The notes beneath the pieces were generated by a model. The model did not search any database and had not been told where the DNA came from. It saw nothing but the letters and a program-made list of their open reading frames with translations. A DNA stretch of 64,000 bases from Bacteroidales bacterium. GTDB lineage: Bacteria > Bacteroidota > Bacteroidia > Bacteroidales > Marinilabiliaceae. The stretch lies in the NCBI GenBank assembly GCA_024401395.1, contig JAKSLD010000002.1, positions 29,939-93,938 of the forward strand, in the 5' to 3' direction. The stretch's first letter is position 1, and each line of letters starts with the position of its first letter. Of this stretch, positions 20,454 to 29,651 are shown piece after piece. A program made the translations under genes and the position numbers.

Positions 20454-20535
20454 GTATATTGTATATATTTACTGCGGTTTAGGGAAATAATCTCTAGTAC
20501 CGGCACGAAATAGGAATACAATAAAATCTACGCCA

Positions 20536-22803
20536 ATGAAAAACAGAATATTACCATTAATAGCAGGATGTGCTATAATGGCAAGTTGCACGACACCCCA
20601 AGAGAGTCCGATGGATGCGTACATAACCGACCTTATGTCGCACATGACGATACAAGAGAAGATAGGACAGCTCAATCAGCAAGTAGCCGGAGATATTATG
20701 ACCGGCAGTGAGCAAGACACAGAAATCACTGATTTACTAAAACGAGGAGAGATAGGCTCTGTACTCAATGTAAAGGGAGTAGAGAGAGTGAAGGCTATAC
20801 AGAAAATAGCAGTAGAAGAGTCACGCCTTGGCATACCGCTCATAGTAGGTATGGATGTCATACACGGATATGAGACAGTATTCCCAATTCCATTAGGACT
20901 TGCTGCCACATGGGATATAGACGGCATAGAAGAATCGGCACGCATTGCGGCTAAAGAAGCCAGTGCCAATGGTGTAGCATGGACATTCTCCCCTATGGTA
21001 GACATATGTGTAGACCCACGATGGGGACGACAAGCAGAAGGTGCTGGAGAAGACCCATATCTAGGAAGCAAAGTTGCAGAAGCCATGGTCAAGGGATACC
21101 AGGGAGAGAACTATGAGAACGACTACAACATAATGGCCTGTATCAAACACTTTGCCCTTTATGGAGCAGCAGAAGCAGGCAGAGACTACAACACAGTAGA
21201 CATGAGTCGTCTGAGAATGTACAACCAATACTTTGACCCATACAAAGCGGCCGTAGAGGCAGGTGCAGGTTCGGTCATGACCAGTTTCAATATAGTAGAC
21301 GGACTACCAGCCACATCGAACAAATGGTTAGTTACAGATGTGCTACGCAAGCAATGGGGCTTTGAAGGTTTCGTAGTAACAGACTATGCCTCAATTGACG
21401 AGATGGAGAAGCACGGCATCAGCGACAAGCAGCACAATGCGGCTCTAGCGCTCAAAGCAGGCACTGACATGGACATGGTATCGCGCAGTTTTGTAGAGAC
21501 ACTTGAAAAGTCGCTCAAAGAAGGACTTGTCACCACATCGGACATTGACCTAGCGTGCAGACGAGTACTAGAAGCCAAGTATAAGTTGGGGCTATTCAAC
21601 GACCCATACAAATACTGCAACATAGATAAGGCACAAAACAGCACATACCTACCAGAGTACAGAGAAACAGCGCGGAAACTTACCCAAGAGAGCTTTGTAC
21701 TTCTGAAGAACGACAACAATATACTTCCACTTAAGAAACAAGGAACCATTGCCCTTATAGGTCCGATGGCAGAATCGAAGGGTGATATTGTAGGCACATG
21801 GTGTGTAGCATCAGACCCGACAAAATACAAATCAGTACGAGAAGGTCTAGAGACAGCACTTGCAGGCAAAGCCAAAGTCCTCACAGCGCAAGGCTGCAAT
21901 TTTGTTGACGATGAATACGTACAGAAAGCGACACGTTCAGTCGTTCCATTCATAGACAAAGAAAAGGGCAAGCGAGAGGCAATAGAGATAGCGCGCAAGT
22001 CGGACGTAATAATCTGCGCCATGGGCGAAGATGCCTGGATGAGCGGAGAAGGAGCCAGCAGAGCCGACATAGAGATGCCAGCTCCACAGAGAGAACTCCT
22101 TGCAGAGCTAAAGAAACTCAATAAACCAATGGTACTACTCAATTTTGCCGGTCGTGCTACAGCCATCAAATGGGAAAGCGAGAATATTCCTGCCATTATG
22201 AATGTATGGTTTGGCAGTGAATGTGCAGATGCGTTGGCAGACGTACTGTTTGGCGATGCAGTACCACAAGGAAAGCTGACCATCTCGATGCCACAATGCG
22301 TAGGACAAGTACCATTGTACTACAACCATCTAAATACAGGTCGTCCTTTAGCAGAAGGAACAGAGCGCTATGCCAACTTTACGAGCAATTACATAGATGT
22401 ACGTAATGATGCGTTGTACCCATTCGGCTACGGACTATCATACACGACATTTGAATACTCCGACATTACGCTATCAGCAAATACAATGACAGTTGACGGA
22501 ACAATAAAAGCGAAAGTCACGGTAAAGAATACAGGCGATTATGACGGAGTAGAGATAGTTCAATTGTACATACGCGACCCACAAGCTTCGGTATCCCGCC
22601 CTGTAAAAGAGCTAAAAGACTTCAAGCGAGTAGATTTGAAGAAAGGAGAGCAGAAAGACGTTGAGTTTACAATTACTCCAGACAAGTTGAAATTCTACAA
22701 TTACGATTTAGAATATGTACTAGAACCTGGTGCTTTCGATTTGATGATCGGCGCGAACTCATCAGACAAGGCATTGAAGAAGACAACATTTGAGGTTAAA
22801 TAA
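20536..22803 (+). CDS. bglX: Periplasmic beta-glucosidase, glycoside hydrolase family 3
   Basis: Signal peptide. GH3 N- and C-terminal domains (GFVVTDY nucleophile region) and a C-terminal fibronectin-like domain. Confidence 0.9.
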   Translation: MKNRILPLIAGCAIMASCTTPQESPMDAYITDLMSHMTIQEKIGQLNQQVAGDIMTGSEQDTEITDLLKRGEIGSVLNVKGVERVKAIQKIAVEESRLGIPLIVGMDVIHGYETVFPIPLGLAATWDIDGIEESARIAAKEASANGVAWTFSPMVDICVDPRWGRQAEGAGEDPYLGSKVAEAMVKGYQGENYENDYNIMACIKHFALYGAAEAGRDYNTVDMSRLRMYNQYFDPYKAAVEAGAGSVMTSFNIVDGLPATSNKWLVTDVLRKQWGFEGFVVTDYASIDEMEKHGISDKQHNAALALKAGTDMDMVSRSFVETLEKSLKEGLVTTSDIDLACRRVLEAKYKLGLFNDPYKYCNIDKAQNSTYLPEYRETARKLTQESFVLLKNDNNILPLKKQGTIALIGPMAESKGDIVGTWCVASDPTKYKSVREGLETALAGKAKVLTAQGCNFVDDEYVQKATRSVVPFIDKEKGKREAIEIARKSDVIICAMGEDAWMSGEGASRADIEMPAPQRELLAELKKLNKPMVLLNFAGRATAIKWESENIPAIMNVWFGSECADALADVLFGDAVPQGKLTISMPQCVGQVPLYYNHLNTGRPLAEGTERYANFTSNYIDVRNDALYPFGYGLSYTTFEYSDITLSANTMTVDGTIKAKVTVKNTGDYDGVEIVQLYIRDPQASVSRPVKELKDFKRVDLKKGEQKDVEFTITPDKLKFYNYDLEYVLEPGAFDLMIGANSSDKALKKTTFEVK

Positions 22804-22809
22804 TATAAT

Positions 22810-22839
22810 AAGGGTAGGCCTGACAGCCTACCCTTTTCT
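22810..22839 (+). terminator. Rho-independent terminator (AAGGGTAGGC-CTGACA-GCCTACCCTT then TTCTA)
   Basis: 10-bp perfect stem immediately after the GH3 stop codon. Confidence 0.5.
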
Positions 22840-22859
22840 ATTGTGGACAATATAAAATA

Positions 22860-23048
22860 CTATACAAAAGCTCTGTAGAGATTACAACCAGCTAGGTTAC
22901 CAATCACTATAGAGATATAAACCGCCATGACAGAAGCCAGATTATCCCAAAGCAAGTCAGGAGAGACCATACAATAGTAATAAGCATCTGCTATGCAGTG
23001 GGTGAATCCGCAGAGGATGAATACGGGTATACGTATTGTTTCTATCAT
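22860..23048 (-). pseudogene. Truncated paralog of the FNT-like channel gene at 28694-29275. An in-frame internal deletion leaves 62 codons (first 6 codons fused to the last ~54)
   Basis: 22855-23180 aligns to 28690-28862 plus 29255-29408 at roughly 90-95% identity. The ~394 bp encoding the middle of the protein is missing. The frame is preserved (MIETIR-IP-VFILCGFTHCIADAYYY...). Confidence 0.6.
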
Positions 23049-23129
23049 AATTTCATTTGGTTTCGTACAAATGCAGGGGAATAATCTCGTTTCACAAAAT
23101 TCTTCTCTGACAGATAGCCGGTACAGAGC

Positions 23130-23180
23130 GGGAAGGTACTTGGTAGTATAAGGGAAGGCAGTTGTTCATCGCAGTTTTTT
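23130..23180 (+). repeat. Degenerate copy of the GGGAAGNCCCTTGTTCATCGTAATTTTTT repeat unit (part of the duplicated segment)
   Basis: GGGAAGGTACTTGGTAGTATAAGGGAAGGCAGTTGTTCATCGCAGTTTTTTT parallels 29356-29408. Confidence 0.5.
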
Positions 23181-23211
23181 TATAATGCGAAGAGGGAGAA
23201 ATGGGATGATG

Positions 23212-24417
23212 TCATGCATAGCTATGCATGCCCCCCAGAAGATAATTCACACCGAAATAGGTAAACAAAACCGTAAAGAAAGCCAGCACGCAGAATGTAT
23301 GGTAGGCCTTCGGCGTCTGCAACCAAGAGAACTTCCTGTAATGAACCGGGAAACAATATACCAGTAGAGTTACCAAAGCCCATACCTCCTTAGGGTCCCA
23401 AGTCCAGTAGTTACCCCATGAGATATTTGCCCATAGCGCACCGACAAATATTCCGAGAGCCAGAAGTATTATTGAAGGATAAAGCAATGTCCTACTTAGC
23501 ATCATCATAGCTTCTCCCTTACGCTTATTGGCAAGTCCTATTACACCACATATCAATACCACAGCAAGTAAAGCATAAGCCGACATTATTATGATGATAT
23601 GTACGAACAGCAGAGGCGATCTCAAGACAGGAGGCAAAGTACCCTCTTGCCATCCAATTATATATTTTACTATCCAATATGCGACGAATGCTCCTACAAG
23701 AGACAATACTGTAATCTTAGCAGGCTTTGGCACACCCTTGAGCCATGTTCTCTGAGACAATAATTGTCGGAAAGAAGAAGAAGGAGAAACAAGCCAAACA
23801 AGAGAACCTATCAAAAGGAACAAATATCCTATATACGTAATCAATATTCCCCAAGGGTCATGAACCACCGCCAATGTTGTACCCTTAAAGTCCTCATCAT
23901 ACGAAGCCTGAAGAAATCTATAGCCATCTTTCTTACAGATATTATTCATTGAGATATCGTACTTATCCCCATCTATGGCGATATGACTTACAAAATCTTC
24001 TGCCATTTCACTAGACTTATGCATCTTAATTTCGAACAATTCGAGTTCTACCTCAAATGGCAATCGTTCAACAAGAATCCCTCTATCATCTGTCACAATA
24101 TTAGTATGATGGCCCTCTCTGACATAAAGGTAACCCTCTCTACCGAAATAGTGAGTCACTCCTGCTCCTACCAAAATAAAGGCGAAAGCTATATGCAATA
24201 CGAATAATGCTGGTCTTCTCTGTAATTTACTGCTAAATATGTACGCTACACCTAAAATAGCGAAGATAGACCAAACGATGCAGAACCAATCTGCACCATA
24301 TACATACCTATGAGAAAAATCTGTTCCGTACAAGCTCTCCAAAATGGAAGCCACAACGAGAACAATCAGTATTGCTATAACAGCAACCAACGTAAATATA
24401 CCTAATTTCTTTTTCAT
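23212..24417 (-). CDS. CcsA-type cytochrome c biogenesis (haem-handling, system II-like) membrane protein
   Basis: W-rich WWD motif WGNYWTWDPKEVWALV. Conserved His residues in flanking TM helices. N-terminal single TM plus an extracytoplasmic region. Start set at the ATG at 24415-24417; the track start is a TTG. Confidence 0.7.
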   Translation of the reverse strand: MKKKLGIFTLVAVIAILIVLVVASILESLYGTDFSHRYVYGADWFCIVWSIFAILGVAYIFSSKLQRRPALFVLHIAFAFILVGAGVTHYFGREGYLYVREGHHTNIVTDDRGILVERLPFEVELELFEIKMHKSSEMAEDFVSHIAIDGDKYDISMNNICKKDGYRFLQASYDEDFKGTTLAVVHDPWGILITYIGYLFLLIGSLVWLVSPSSSFRQLLSQRTWLKGVPKPAKITVLSLVGAFVAYWIVKYIIGWQEGTLPPVLRSPLLFVHIIIIMSAYALLAVVLICGVIGLANKRKGEAMMMLSRTLLYPSIILLALGIFVGALWANISWGNYWTWDPKEVWALVTLLVYCFPVHYRKFSWLQTPKAYHTFCVLAFFTVLFTYFGVNYLLGGMHSYA

Positions 24418-24496
24418 ACTACTGCAAAGATAGGTTCTTCGTCTCAAAAGACGAAGAACCTATTGAAACTATATGACTAAAATTATTATAGTGGAT

Positions 24497-26131
24497 TTAT
24501 ATAGCGTTGATAAACTTTTCGACGCAATCACGTTCCTCCTTAGAAAGCATTCGGAAATTCTCTACCGACTTACGCGCATCACTCTCTGGGGAATAGCCAT
24601 GCCACATGATAGCCTCTATGACATTTCTAGCTCGGCAGTCATGCAATCGCTCCTCAGCTCCTGTAACAGTCTTACTCAGTCCTCTACCCCACAATGGAGT
24701 AGTTCTGCACCATCCAGTTCTGATATCGTTCACCATAAACAGACGATGCTGAACCAAATCCGAATATGGCCAAATAGTCTGATGAGGGTATCTTGGCAAC
24801 TCCTCATTAGCGTTCTTAAAGAACTTATTTGGGTCCTGAACATCATCATCTCCAGTCTTCCACGATGGTTTATGGCAATAAGCACAACCAATCTTATTAA
24901 AGATCTTCTTACCCTTCTGAACATCAGCCTGGTCCAAATCGCGAGCTGCAGGAACAGCCAATCCTCTGTGCCATACCATAAAGTCCTTGTAGTCCTGATC
25001 CGACATCTCTGGCTCTTTCAGTACCTCTTTGCTTCCGATAAGGAAATTGTATATATCCTCCTCTACGTCGCCAGTAAGGTTCTGCTCTGGATAATACTTA
25101 TAGAACTCAGCCTGCACCTCAGGATCCTTTGATGCTACCTGAGCATAAGACTTAGTCATATAGTGATACATTCTATCAGAGCGAGTCACGTTTGTGATAT
25201 TCCATATAGCATTGGCACCTGCGCCATCTTGAAGTGGGCCACGGCTGATGGCATACGTAAATCTTCTCATATACTTAGTACCGTCACCCTGAAGCGTATT
25301 TGCATACATATTAGTAAATACGCCATTAGAGTACATTGCAGGATTAAGCGACACTCCAAAAGATTCCTGCCTCTGATACTCTGCGAGAATCTCTGAGTCA
25401 TCTATTGCATCAAGCATACCAGTACCATACACACCGATGGTAGACTCTAATCGTACCTTGACACTCTCATAAGGAACTACGCTAGTCACTCCACCCTTAG
25501 TTACCTCGAGAGGCACATAAAAAGCATCTTCGTCAATCGTCACTTCAGGGTAAGTAAGGTCGTATGTCTCACCATCATCAAACTTATTTCCCCATTCATC
25601 AGTAGCCCTCAACCAAGTAATATGGATACCATCCTCATTTATTGGAGCCTTAAAAGGTTTAACAGCCATGGTCTGAGGCATACCTGTGAGGCTACTGAGG
25701 TAGGTATCAGTCTCATCAGTAATTACGAGAAGATAACCATTACCCATATCATCAGCGCGGTACCTATCCTGACGTTTGCCATGGCCATACGACGGGTGGC
25801 AATAGAGGCAGCCCCTTCTGACATACAAAGGACCAAGGCCCTTGAATGCACCTGTAGTAGAGTTTTTGTAATCTCTCTTGAAGAAATATTCTCCCTTCTT
25901 GAAGGCGTCATACATACCAGCCTGCTCTGTTGCAGGAGTAGCCTGCTCATAGGCATGCGAAGTATAATTGAAAACAGTTCCTAGTTCGCCGCCAGCATAC
26001 CACTCCTCAGAATATGTCGAGGGGTCATCCAACTGGGTATCGCTACCACTCCCCCCCTTGATGTCATCTGCACAAGAAAATAGCACAGATGACATCAACA
26101 CTGAATAATAAAGATAATATGATTGTCTCAT
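24497..26131 (-). CDS. DUF1111 family di-haem protein (putative di-haem peroxidase / thiol oxidoreductase-like)
   Basis: Two CxxCH haem-binding motifs (CLYCH, CAYCH) in a ~540-aa secreted protein. Classic pairing with imelysin. Confidence 0.75.
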   Translation of the reverse strand: MRQSYYLYYSVLMSSVLFSCADDIKGGSGSDTQLDDPSTYSEEWYAGGELGTVFNYTSHAYEQATPATEQAGMYDAFKKGEYFFKRDYKNSTTGAFKGLGPLYVRRGCLYCHPSYGHGKRQDRYRADDMGNGYLLVITDETDTYLSSLTGMPQTMAVKPFKAPINEDGIHITWLRATDEWGNKFDDGETYDLTYPEVTIDEDAFYVPLEVTKGGVTSVVPYESVKVRLESTIGVYGTGMLDAIDDSEILAEYQRQESFGVSLNPAMYSNGVFTNMYANTLQGDGTKYMRRFTYAISRGPLQDGAGANAIWNITNVTRSDRMYHYMTKSYAQVASKDPEVQAEFYKYYPEQNLTGDVEEDIYNFLIGSKEVLKEPEMSDQDYKDFMVWHRGLAVPAARDLDQADVQKGKKIFNKIGCAYCHKPSWKTGDDDVQDPNKFFKNANEELPRYPHQTIWPYSDLVQHRLFMVNDIRTGWCRTTPLWGRGLSKTVTGAEERLHDCRARNVIEAIMWHGYSPESDARKSVENFRMLSKEERDCVEKFINAI

Positions 26132-26143
26132 AATTCGATTATG

Positions 26144-27250
26144 TTATTTATTCTGAAGGAACATCTCTGCTGCAAGAAGCGCATCGTCAAGCGTCTCAAG
26201 AGCACCGATAGCCGTCTGAGCACTAGCGTCGGTATAATTGAGCACAAAAGGCTTCTTCATGTTGCTGATAGCACTGATAGCCGACTCAATAGCAGATACG
26301 ACAGCATCATCAACTAGCTTGCCGTTCTTAGCATTAGCTATAGCCACTGAAAGAGACCCTGCTTGAGGCTTCTCCGATTTAAGACCACCATAATAAGCAT
26401 TGCGAACGCTGACTATATTGTCCACAAAATCCTGAATTGAGTTATATGAATAAGGAGACTCAATATAGTCCACATCCTCACCATTATGAGGAGTACCAAT
26501 TTTACCATGAGCAACCTCATCAACAATAGTACGAGCACCCTCAAGAATCTGGATGCTACCAGCCAATACTGTCTTCCATCGGTTATTTGCACCTGCAGTC
26601 TCCATATCTTCACCAAAGTTGTCAGGTATCTCTATCTCTGCATCTTCAAGGAGCTGCTGTTTAGCCTCTGATATATTCTCTACACCTGCCCAAGCGCCCT
26701 CAAGACGAGCTGCTGATACAGCCAAGTCCTCTGCAATACTTGCCACGAAAGTGAGATCCTTTTCGGTCAAATCAGCGTAGTCACGAGGCTTACCATCTCT
26801 AAAAAGTATATACTCCACGCCATGGAAGCCGAGCAGCTCAGGGTTAGAAGTCTCAAAATCCGTCATACTGCTATAGGCTTCAATATTGAATGGCCATGTA
26901 TCAATATGAGGGTCTATACCATAGTTAGAAGCTGCGCCGAAAAGAAAAGCTTCCGACCACTCCCAGTATTGTCTAGCCTGCTTCCACTCCTCACAAGCTT
27001 TCACGACGCCCTCATTATCGGACATATTCTCCACAGCCTCCAGCAACGAAACAGCGTGATCAGCAAGACCACGGTAAGTCGGGATTACCGTATTATTTAC
27101 GAACTGGGCATTAGCCACCTTCAATACAGAATCAGATACTACCGACCCACCATCTTTGTTATCATCATCTTCGTCATCACAAGATGTCAAACTCATTGCA
27201 CAAGTAGCAGACATTGCTACAAATAGCACCTTTGCAAAAGAAAAATTCAT
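26144..27250 (-). CDS. Imelysin-family (peptidase M75 / EfeO-like) lipoprotein
   Basis: Lipoprotein signal (…MSLTSC). Imelysin HxxE region GFHGVEYILF. Confidence 0.75.
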   Translation of the reverse strand: MNFSFAKVLFVAMSATCAMSLTSCDDEDDDNKDGGSVVSDSVLKVANAQFVNNTVIPTYRGLADHAVSLLEAVENMSDNEGVVKACEEWKQARQYWEWSEAFLFGAASNYGIDPHIDTWPFNIEAYSSMTDFETSNPELLGFHGVEYILFRDGKPRDYADLTEKDLTFVASIAEDLAVSAARLEGAWAGVENISEAKQQLLEDAEIEIPDNFGEDMETAGANNRWKTVLAGSIQILEGARTIVDEVAHGKIGTPHNGEDVDYIESPYSYNSIQDFVDNIVSVRNAYYGGLKSEKPQAGSLSVAIANAKNGKLVDDAVVSAIESAISAISNMKKPFVLNYTDASAQTAIGALETLDDALLAAEMFLQNK

Positions 27251-27287
27251 GTTAGATATAAGTTTATACGTTGTTTATCTATTATTA

Positions 27288-28559
27288 CTAAAACTTAAAG
27301 AATCCACTATAAGCAATACCCAGGGATACACCAGGTTCGTCATTATACTGCGACTTAAGGAACCTTTTTGAGTATTCTGCCTTTATAACAATTTCCTTCA
27401 TAGGCATAAAATTCAAACCCACAGCCATTCTGTGTTTGCCACACCACTCATAAGTATCAGAGAGTTTACCCTTAAAAAAAGAGTCATAATACTCGTAGTG
27501 ACCGAAGAGGTACAGTACATTATCCGTTTTGTTGGGATTCAGCAAAGAACATCCAAGTTCAAGGCTAAAAGCGACTGCATCAGACCCCACATACTGACGT
27601 TTACTTGGGCTATCATCATACTTAGTAGCGAAAGTCTCCCTATTCCACAATCCTATCTCATAGGCATCACACAAATGGGCATAGTCGGCATAGCCTCGCG
27701 CTATGATTCTCCTATTCCTATACTGGAAGTCAAAGGACCCGACAACCAATGTTCCCTTACAATCCTTATATTTAGTGTTCTTACTCAGCGAATTTCTAAA
27801 AGTAGGGCCAGCATATCCAGAGACACCCAACCTCAAGCCAGGGATGCTATAGTTGTCGACTCTCAACACCCCAGCATAGTTATTAGCAACCTTAAACTCG
27901 TATGGACTAGCTGCTCCATAATGGACAAAAGACTCATTACCGAACTGATCAGCATTAAGACCAGAAGTGAATATTGCCTCATATTTCCAGTTTTCAGTCC
28001 TTCCCCAAAAGCTGATACCTACCTGATGCCAAGTACAAGGCAATATAGTATTCTCCCCCTCCGGTCTATATACGGTGAAGAATTCATTTGGCAAGTGACC
28101 CTGGTTAGTCAAGCCGACAGGGATAATGATTTCACCAGCTCTGATATTCAGCTCATTGCTGAAAGATTTCTGTATCCAGAACTGCTCAAGAGCCACCTCT
28201 CCACCTCTCTCTACTTCTGCTTCATACTCTCCCGACTCTTCGGCCTCCATCTCAACAGCTGTTTCAGCTCCGCCATGCTCAAACTCTATTTCAGTATTCA
28301 GCTTCCATCCTTTACCAAAATCATAGGCGACGAAGAATACCACGTGAGGCAAGTCAAATCTTCCATGTGAGTCATCATCAGCATGCGCCTCGGGTTTACT
28401 ATACCTATAAATATGGTCTGAGTAAAAATTTCGACTCATCACGGCCTCGCCATATCCACCAAGTGAGAGACGATTTTTCTTCACTTGAATAGAATCTGTC
28501 TGCGCCATTGCCACTATCGTCAGGAGAGTCGCCACAGACAATGTTATAAGTTTTTTCAT
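27288..28559 (-). CDS. Putative outer-membrane beta-barrel protein associated with the imelysin locus
   Basis: Signal peptide MKKLITLSVATLLTIVAMAQ. Alternating amphipathic beta-strand pattern ending in an aromatic C-terminus (…GFFKF). Start trimmed to the ATG at 28557-28559. Confidence 0.5.
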   Translation of the reverse strand: MKKLITLSVATLLTIVAMAQTDSIQVKKNRLSLGGYGEAVMSRNFYSDHIYRYSKPEAHADDDSHGRFDLPHVVFFVAYDFGKGWKLNTEIEFEHGGAETAVEMEAEESGEYEAEVERGGEVALEQFWIQKSFSNELNIRAGEIIIPVGLTNQGHLPNEFFTVYRPEGENTILPCTWHQVGISFWGRTENWKYEAIFTSGLNADQFGNESFVHYGAASPYEFKVANNYAGVLRVDNYSIPGLRLGVSGYAGPTFRNSLSKNTKYKDCKGTLVVGSFDFQYRNRRIIARGYADYAHLCDAYEIGLWNRETFATKYDDSPSKRQYVGSDAVAFSLELGCSLLNPNKTDNVLYLFGHYEYYDSFFKGKLSDTYEWCGKHRMAVGLNFMPMKEIVIKAEYSKRFLKSQYNDEPGVSLGIAYSGFFKF

Positions 28560-28644
28560 CTCTTTACGTCTAATCATTTTCACGACGCAAAGTTCGCCCA
28601 ACAATATTGGTATTGAAATACCTACATTTAGGGAATAAAATATC

Positions 28645-28682
28645 AAAGGGGGAGCATCACTGCTGATACCCCCCCTTTTTTG
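28645..28682 (-). terminator. Candidate terminator hairpin (GGGGG...CCCCCCC with T-runs on both sides)
   Basis: Lies between the stop of the FNT-like gene and the start of the OMP gene. Confidence 0.35.
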
Positions 28683-28693
28683 GGTATAACAAA

Positions 28694-29275
28694 CTATACA
28701 AAAGCTCTGTAGAGATTACAACCAACGAGGTTTCCAATCACTATAGAGATATAAACCACCAAGACAGAAGCCAGATTATCCAGCAGCAAGTCAGGAGAGA
28801 CCATACAATAGTAATAAGCATCTGCTATGCAGTGGGTGAATCCGCAGAGGATGAATACAGGCACACCAAAAAGAAGAGGCAAGAACTGCTGCTTACGGGC
28901 GAATTCCACGGCAGTCGTCATGATAAGGCCACAACCAATACCAAGCAATCCACACTTAAGGGGACCAAGAGACAAACGCTTCTGCAAAATAGCATCAGCC
29001 GTTTTGACTAGATCAGGCTCACAATACCTTACCAACATAGCTGTGACGAAACAACCTAGTATATTAGCCAGCAAAATCACTCCCAAGTTTCCCCAAGAAT
29101 CCCTTGTAACATAACCAGCCGTGCCCGTGTAGAGTTTCAGTTTATAATGCACGACAGCCAACAGGCCGAAAGCAAAAAGGACGGCACCTACGACACCTCC
29201 TACATTCAAAAAGACCGTTCCACCTACACCGATTGCAATACCGGCGAATACTCCTCTACGTATTGTTTCTACCAT
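28694..29275 (-). CDS. Compact formate/nitrite-transporter (FNT)-like channel protein, 193 aa
   Basis: Six short TM segments. FNT-like signatures AVLFAFGLLAVVHYKLKLYTGTAG (compare GLxLVVxxGxELFTGN) and GFTHCIADAYYY (compare GFEHSIANMF). Shorter than canonical FNTs (~260-280 aa). Confidence 0.55.
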   Translation of the reverse strand: MVETIRRGVFAGIAIGVGGTVFLNVGGVVGAVLFAFGLLAVVHYKLKLYTGTAGYVTRDSWGNLGVILLANILGCFVTAMLVRYCEPDLVKTADAILQKRLSLGPLKCGLLGIGCGLIMTTAVEFARKQQFLPLLFGVPVFILCGFTHCIADAYYYCMVSPDLLLDNLASVLVVYISIVIGNLVGCNLYRAFV

Positions 29276-29355
29276 AATTCTATTGGGTTTCGGACAAATG
29301 TAGGAGAATAATCTCTATTCACAAAATTCTTCCTTGACAGATAGTCGGAATACAG

Positions 29356-29474
29356 CTGGAAGTCCCTTGCTAGTATAAGGGAAGTCCCTTGTTCATCGTA
29401 ATTTTTTTATTTTGGAGGCTCGGGCTACACTCGGGCTATACTCGGGGAAGACCCTTGTTCATCGTAAATTTTTT
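29356..29474 (+). repeat. Composite repeat element E1: three GGAAGNCCCTTG-type units around an 11-bp tandem (CTCGGGCTACA / CTCGGGCTATA, about 2.5 copies)
   Basis: Near-identical to the reverse complement of 44337-44465. Unit GGGAAGTCCCTTGTTCATCGTAA(A)TTTTTT at 29379-29408 and 29446-29474. Confidence 0.7.
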
Positions 29475-29651
29475 ATGAAGGCCATGCGGAGAAGAGAGAA
29501 GAAACACAAAATAGTGCGACAAGGAAACAGCAATATCAGGAACGGTGACAAGAAGAGAGCCTATTCAAGTATTTTTTCTGAAAAAAGGAACTTTCGTCTG
29601 ATTTGAAATAGTTAATTTTGACTTGGATATAAAAACTAATGCATAACTAAT

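Noticed and set aside
21384-22283. 299-aa minus-strand ORF inside the GH3 gene
   Set aside because: Ser/Ala-rich antisense ORF. The sense strand carries an unambiguous GH3 beta-glucosidase.
27432-28370. 312-aa plus-strand ORF overlapping the outer-membrane beta-barrel gene
   Set aside because: Antisense to a gene with signal peptide and beta-barrel periodicity. It has no features of its own.
29419-29445. Possible CRISPR-like array (11-bp tandem repeats at E1 and E2)
   Set aside because: The units are only 11 bp with no spacers, at 2-3 copies. No cas genes are present. This is a VNTR inside a dispersed repeat, not a CRISPR.
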